Assembly: GCA_963735035.1 (NCBI GenBank) | Contig: CAVTJJ010000003.1 | Coordinates: 96,001-160,000 of the forward strand | Direction: 5' to 3' | Origin: an uncultured candidate division Zixibacteria bacterium | Lineage (GTDB): Bacteria > Zixibacteria > MSB-5A5 > GN15 > FEB-12 | DNA length: 64,000 nt | Part shown: positions 60,979-64,000 of the stretch, one piece after another | How positions within the stretch are numbered: the first letter of the stretch is position 1 | Layout: each line of letters starts with the position of its first letter | Notes under the pieces: generated by a model | The model's database searches: none | Seen by the model: the letters and a program-made list of their open reading frames with translations, nothing else | What the model was told of the DNA's origin: nothing | Translations under genes and position numbers: made by a program

Positions 60979-62439
60979 CTATTTCTTCCCCGGATCAGGA
61001 ATATCCTCGACAATTCCCGCCACCCGGCGCGCCGCCTGTACCTTTTCTTCCAGCTTTGCGGTAGCACCAATCACCAGCTTGGCCCCGTCGGGCGACCCAC
61101 CCCCGTGCATGCAGCCGGGCACCCCACCGCCGATCGTGCTCCATTCCACTAACCGGGCGGCCCGGGCGCGCGAATCGGCCGAGTGCTTTGCCGTTAGATA
61201 TTTCTTTATCAGGTGACCATACTTTCTCGACTGGAAATCTTTGTACGACGGCATACAGCCGGTTTCGGCGATTCCGCCGGCGATGTCCTGCGCCAGCACC
61301 GAAGTCTCATACGGCAGGGTCGCCACGTGGACTTTGTTGACATTGGACAAAAGCGGGTCGCACAGCCAGGCGCCGGAGGGGTGTTTCTTGCCTCGCGCCG
61401 CTGCCGCTATACCGACCGCGAACGTGGTCTCGTTGTTGATGACCATCCGGGTGACTTTGTCGCGGAAGATTTTGTCGGCGAGGCCGTTGGTGCGGGCGGT
61501 CAGCAGCGCCGAACCGATCTTGATATCCCCCTGCCCCGCCACACAGCCGCCGATTGCGGCGCGATACGGCATGATGAAATAGCTCACCGCCGGGAGCGCG
61601 TATTTTACTTCGCCGCACATGAAGACCCGCTCTTTCGGGACGAATACATCTTCGAAGAACAGGAACGCCTGCGTGATGCCGCCCTCGTGGACCGGGTTGT
61701 CGAACCCTTCTTCTTCGTCGCGGGTGTCGCTCGGGTGGCGGGTTTCGACTATGGTCAGACCTTTGACGTCTCTCGGAATCACGAACGAAATGGCGCAGTC
61801 AGCGTCTTCGTCGCGATAACCTGACCCTGGCAGAACGAAAATCTCATTGGCGGCCGCCACACCGCAGATCATGATTTTCGCTCCGCGAACTACGATACCG
61901 TCCGGTCGCTTCTCGACCATGTGCAGGAAGACATCTTTGTCGGCTTGCTGCGACGGTGATTTGGTGCGGTCGCCCTTGGCATCGGTGAGCGCACCGGCGA
62001 TCGTAATGTCACGCGTTTGAGCATCCTTGAGCCATGTCAAGAAACGCTGGTGATAATCCGTGCCGAGATCGTGGTCCATTTCCCAGGTCGTAACGAACAT
62101 GGCATTGAGCGCCGACCATCCGGCGCAGCGCCCGCCGGTGCAGGTGCCGGTGAGGTGAAACATCAACCGCTTCATATCAGAATTGGCGTACATGTCTTCG
62201 GCCGACTGAATGATCGAGAGGTACCGGCTGATCGGCTCGCCGGTCAGATGCGACACGGTCGTGACCTTGTCGCGCAGCTTGTCGTCGTGGGCCGCCTTGA
62301 AAGTCCACCCGTGGCCTTCGACAGTCCGGCGGGTGGCGGGGTGGGTGGTGACGTCCTCAATCAGTTGGTCGAACTTATGGATATTGGGACGGAGTTTCTT
62401 GAGGGAATCGAGATATTGCTGGTATGTTTTCAGAGCCAT
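60979..62439 (-). CDS. 4-hydroxybutyryl-CoA dehydratase / HpaB-family Fe-S flavoprotein (divergent)
   Basis: TGTCTGGRC, GALTDAKGDR...PSQQ.D.D, DGIVVRGAK, AQDIAGG, MHGGGSP. Confidence 0.85.
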   Translation of the reverse strand: MALKTYQQYLDSLKKLRPNIHKFDQLIEDVTTHPATRRTVEGHGWTFKAAHDDKLRDKVTTVSHLTGEPISRYLSIIQSAEDMYANSDMKRLMFHLTGTCTGGRCAGWSALNAMFVTTWEMDHDLGTDYHQRFLTWLKDAQTRDITIAGALTDAKGDRTKSPSQQADKDVFLHMVEKRPDGIVVRGAKIMICGVAAANEIFVLPGSGYRDEDADCAISFVIPRDVKGLTIVETRHPSDTRDEEEGFDNPVHEGGITQAFLFFEDVFVPKERVFMCGEVKYALPAVSYFIMPYRAAIGGCVAGQGDIKIGSALLTARTNGLADKIFRDKVTRMVINNETTFAVGIAAAARGKKHPSGAWLCDPLLSNVNKVHVATLPYETSVLAQDIAGGIAETGCMPSYKDFQSRKYGHLIKKYLTAKHSADSRARAARLVEWSTIGGGVPGCMHGGGSPDGAKLVIGATAKLEEKVQAARRVAGIVEDIPDPGKK

Positions 62440-62554
62440 CTGTAGTCTCCTGTGAAGCCAAAACCTTCATCGCAGGGAGAATATAGCTCTTGTAGGTCGA
62501 ATTCGCCGCATGGATTTTTTGAGCGGCAAAACGGACATCCAGTAATGAATTATC

Positions 62555-62618
62555 GTGGGCGGCAGACGTCCTCGTCTGCCCCGTCTACGCTCTGGTGCCC
62601 CACCGCTTGCGGTGGGTG
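62555..62618. repeat. Two REP-like palindromes
   Basis: GGCAGACG-TCCT-CGTCTGCC and GGTGCCCCACCGC-TT-GCGGTGGG; the latter resembles the reverse complement of 54925-54953. Confidence 0.6.
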
Positions 62619-63049
62619 GAGAACGCGCGGATTGAATATTTCATTTAGGCAAGATTGAACCGGACCCCAACTTGGCTACCTGATTTGCCATTGACGGAGT
62701 GGCAATTCTGAGACATGGTGACTCCAAAATCTGTCTCCGATTCGCAACTGCCTGACTCGAGCTGACCCGATATCGCTATGGTATCGTACTGCGAAGCAGC
62801 AAGTTGTGATTTCATTCCAATCCGGCATCCACATTGCAGTCGCGGAAGACGAAGTGAAGCCCGAGGATAGTACCGCAGACCAAATTGTGTGCGAAGAGCG
62901 TGACTATTCGGCTTTGTGAGTGGGAGCGACATATGCTCAAAACAGCTTGTTGTCTACTTGCGATAAGAGTATGCGAGCCTGCACGGAGAATCTGTTTGAT
63001 AATGCGGGCTTCAACAGTTCAGATCAACGGAACGTGTGTCAGAAATCCA

Positions 63050-64000
63050 ATGAATGCGAATGCGTTCGTTCTGACGCTGATAATACTCGCGAGTATGATC
63101 TCCGTACCAAAGTGCGGCGCTCAAGATGATTTCGGGGAGAGTATTAGCACCGTCTCCTATTGTGACAGCACCAATCAGTGGCTCGCCGGTTTCTGGATAA
63201 GCACGGACACGGCCTCCACTTCGAGACAATCCCGGCAGGAATCTGAATTGTCAGGTAGGCTGATGATCGAACTAGTCGGAGTGACCGGCATCAACATCAT
63301 GCACAACAGCGGCGGATTTTATCTACCATCGTTCGAAATTGATTTTGACAGCATAGTCTGCGGCCACGCTTTTGCCCGCCATGAACTGGAGGTGTCGACC
63401 AGCACTCGAGACGAGCACTGGTCGCAATTCTGGCAGGACCTGGGGTACCCCAGTTACAAAGGGACCGTTCTCCTCCAGGCAAGCGGAGGCGAAGATAAGT
63501 ACGAGTTCATTTTGTCGGATCCGGTTGACAGTATTCCTCGACGCCTGACCCTGGTGATACAGTGCGATCGCTGGAGTGCGAGCGAGACAGACAAAGCGCT
63601 GAATTATTCTTCATCTGACGTTCTGGTGTACAGTTTCACCCGCGGTACAGATACGAGTACAACCGACTGCACGACACCGGCTTGGAGTGGACTGTCGGAC
63701 GTGGAATCAAGGGGCAGCGAAGTCTTTGCCACGTCGGATAAGGGACTCTTCGTATTTGACATCCAAACCCCAGCCTCTCCGCAATTTGTGTCCTTTGTCA
63801 AGTCCGAGGCGGTGACGGATCTTTACGTCACGATATGCGACAGCACACACGTCTGTGTGTACCCAAAATTCTGGCAAATGCACGATCTTCAGATCATAGA
63901 CGTGAGTAATCGACGCCAACCGCAATTGTGCGGCCGATATGTGTTCTCTGTCGCAACTGCCGACGACGATCCGGCGCGACTTCTGGACCTGGCCTCAATT
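63050..64000 (+). CDS. Secreted protein with LVIVD-type repeats (runs off the window)
   Basis: Hand-translated open frame from 63002/63050 to the window end: signal peptide MNANAFVLTLIILASMISVPKCGA; KGLFVFDIQTPASPQFV and DLQIIDVSNRRQPQLCG repeats. Confidence 0.75.
   Translation, partial: MNANAFVLTLIILASMISVPKCGAQDDFGESISTVSYCDSTNQWLAGFWISTDTASTSRQSRQESELSGRLMIELVGVTGINIMHNSGGFYLPSFEIDFDSIVCGHAFARHELEVSTSTRDEHWSQFWQDLGYPSYKGTVLLQASGGEDKYEFILSDPVDSIPRRLTLVIQCDRWSASETDKALNYSSSDVLVYSFTRGTDTSTTDCTTPAWSGLSDVESRGSEVFATSDKGLFVFDIQTPASPQFVSFVKSEAVTDLYVTICDSTHVCVYPKFWQMHDLQIIDVSNRRQPQLCGRYVFSVATADDDPARLLDLASI

Noticed and set aside
62645..63229. Minus-strand ORFs 62645-62932 and 63011-63229
   Set aside because: No recognisable motifs; the second lies antisense to a longer + strand secreted-protein frame.
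60643..64000. Genomic island integrated at the tRNAs
   Set aside because: No integrase and no duplicated tRNA 3' end seen; the genes downstream of the tRNAs are housekeeping.

Overview
64 kb of GC-rich bacterial chromosome, probably candidate phylum Zixibacteria (FCB-related). That placement is inferred from the C-terminal 'CC..GD.N..G...IGDIS.LIDHLF' dockerin-type domain, a FlgD-Ig/T9SS-like C-terminal domain and a fused LpxC-FabZ. Core content: a lipid A/Kdo operon (lpxC-fabZ, lpxA, gnnA-like, lpxB, waaA, lpxK) running into nadB and guaA; a type IV pilin locus (sigma54 activator plus two pilins); a B12-dependent acyl-CoA cluster (ICM-type and MCM-type mutase large subunits, one B12 subunit, MeaB, epimerase, biotin carboxylase set, acyl-CoA dehydrogenase); recJ, rnpB, guaB and two tRNAs. 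Unusual items: four tandem GspG-like prepilins with a shared scaffold and different C-terminal cargo; an AT-richer DUF6338-like gene plus an unannotated proline-rich micropeptide inside the lpx operon; a promoter-flanked structured sRNA candidate with a C-rich anti-SD-like loop; a sigma70-r4/zinc-finger plus RHH module with operator palindromes; an AbfD-like enzyme whose catalytic residues appear replaced; a peptidase with both cohesin and dockerins; and several REP-like palindrome families in mosaic arrays. Three single-base frameshifts at 8.0-11.4 kb are most likely sequencing errors. No CRISPR array, transposase or integrase was recognised. All family assignments are from motif recognition, not database searches.
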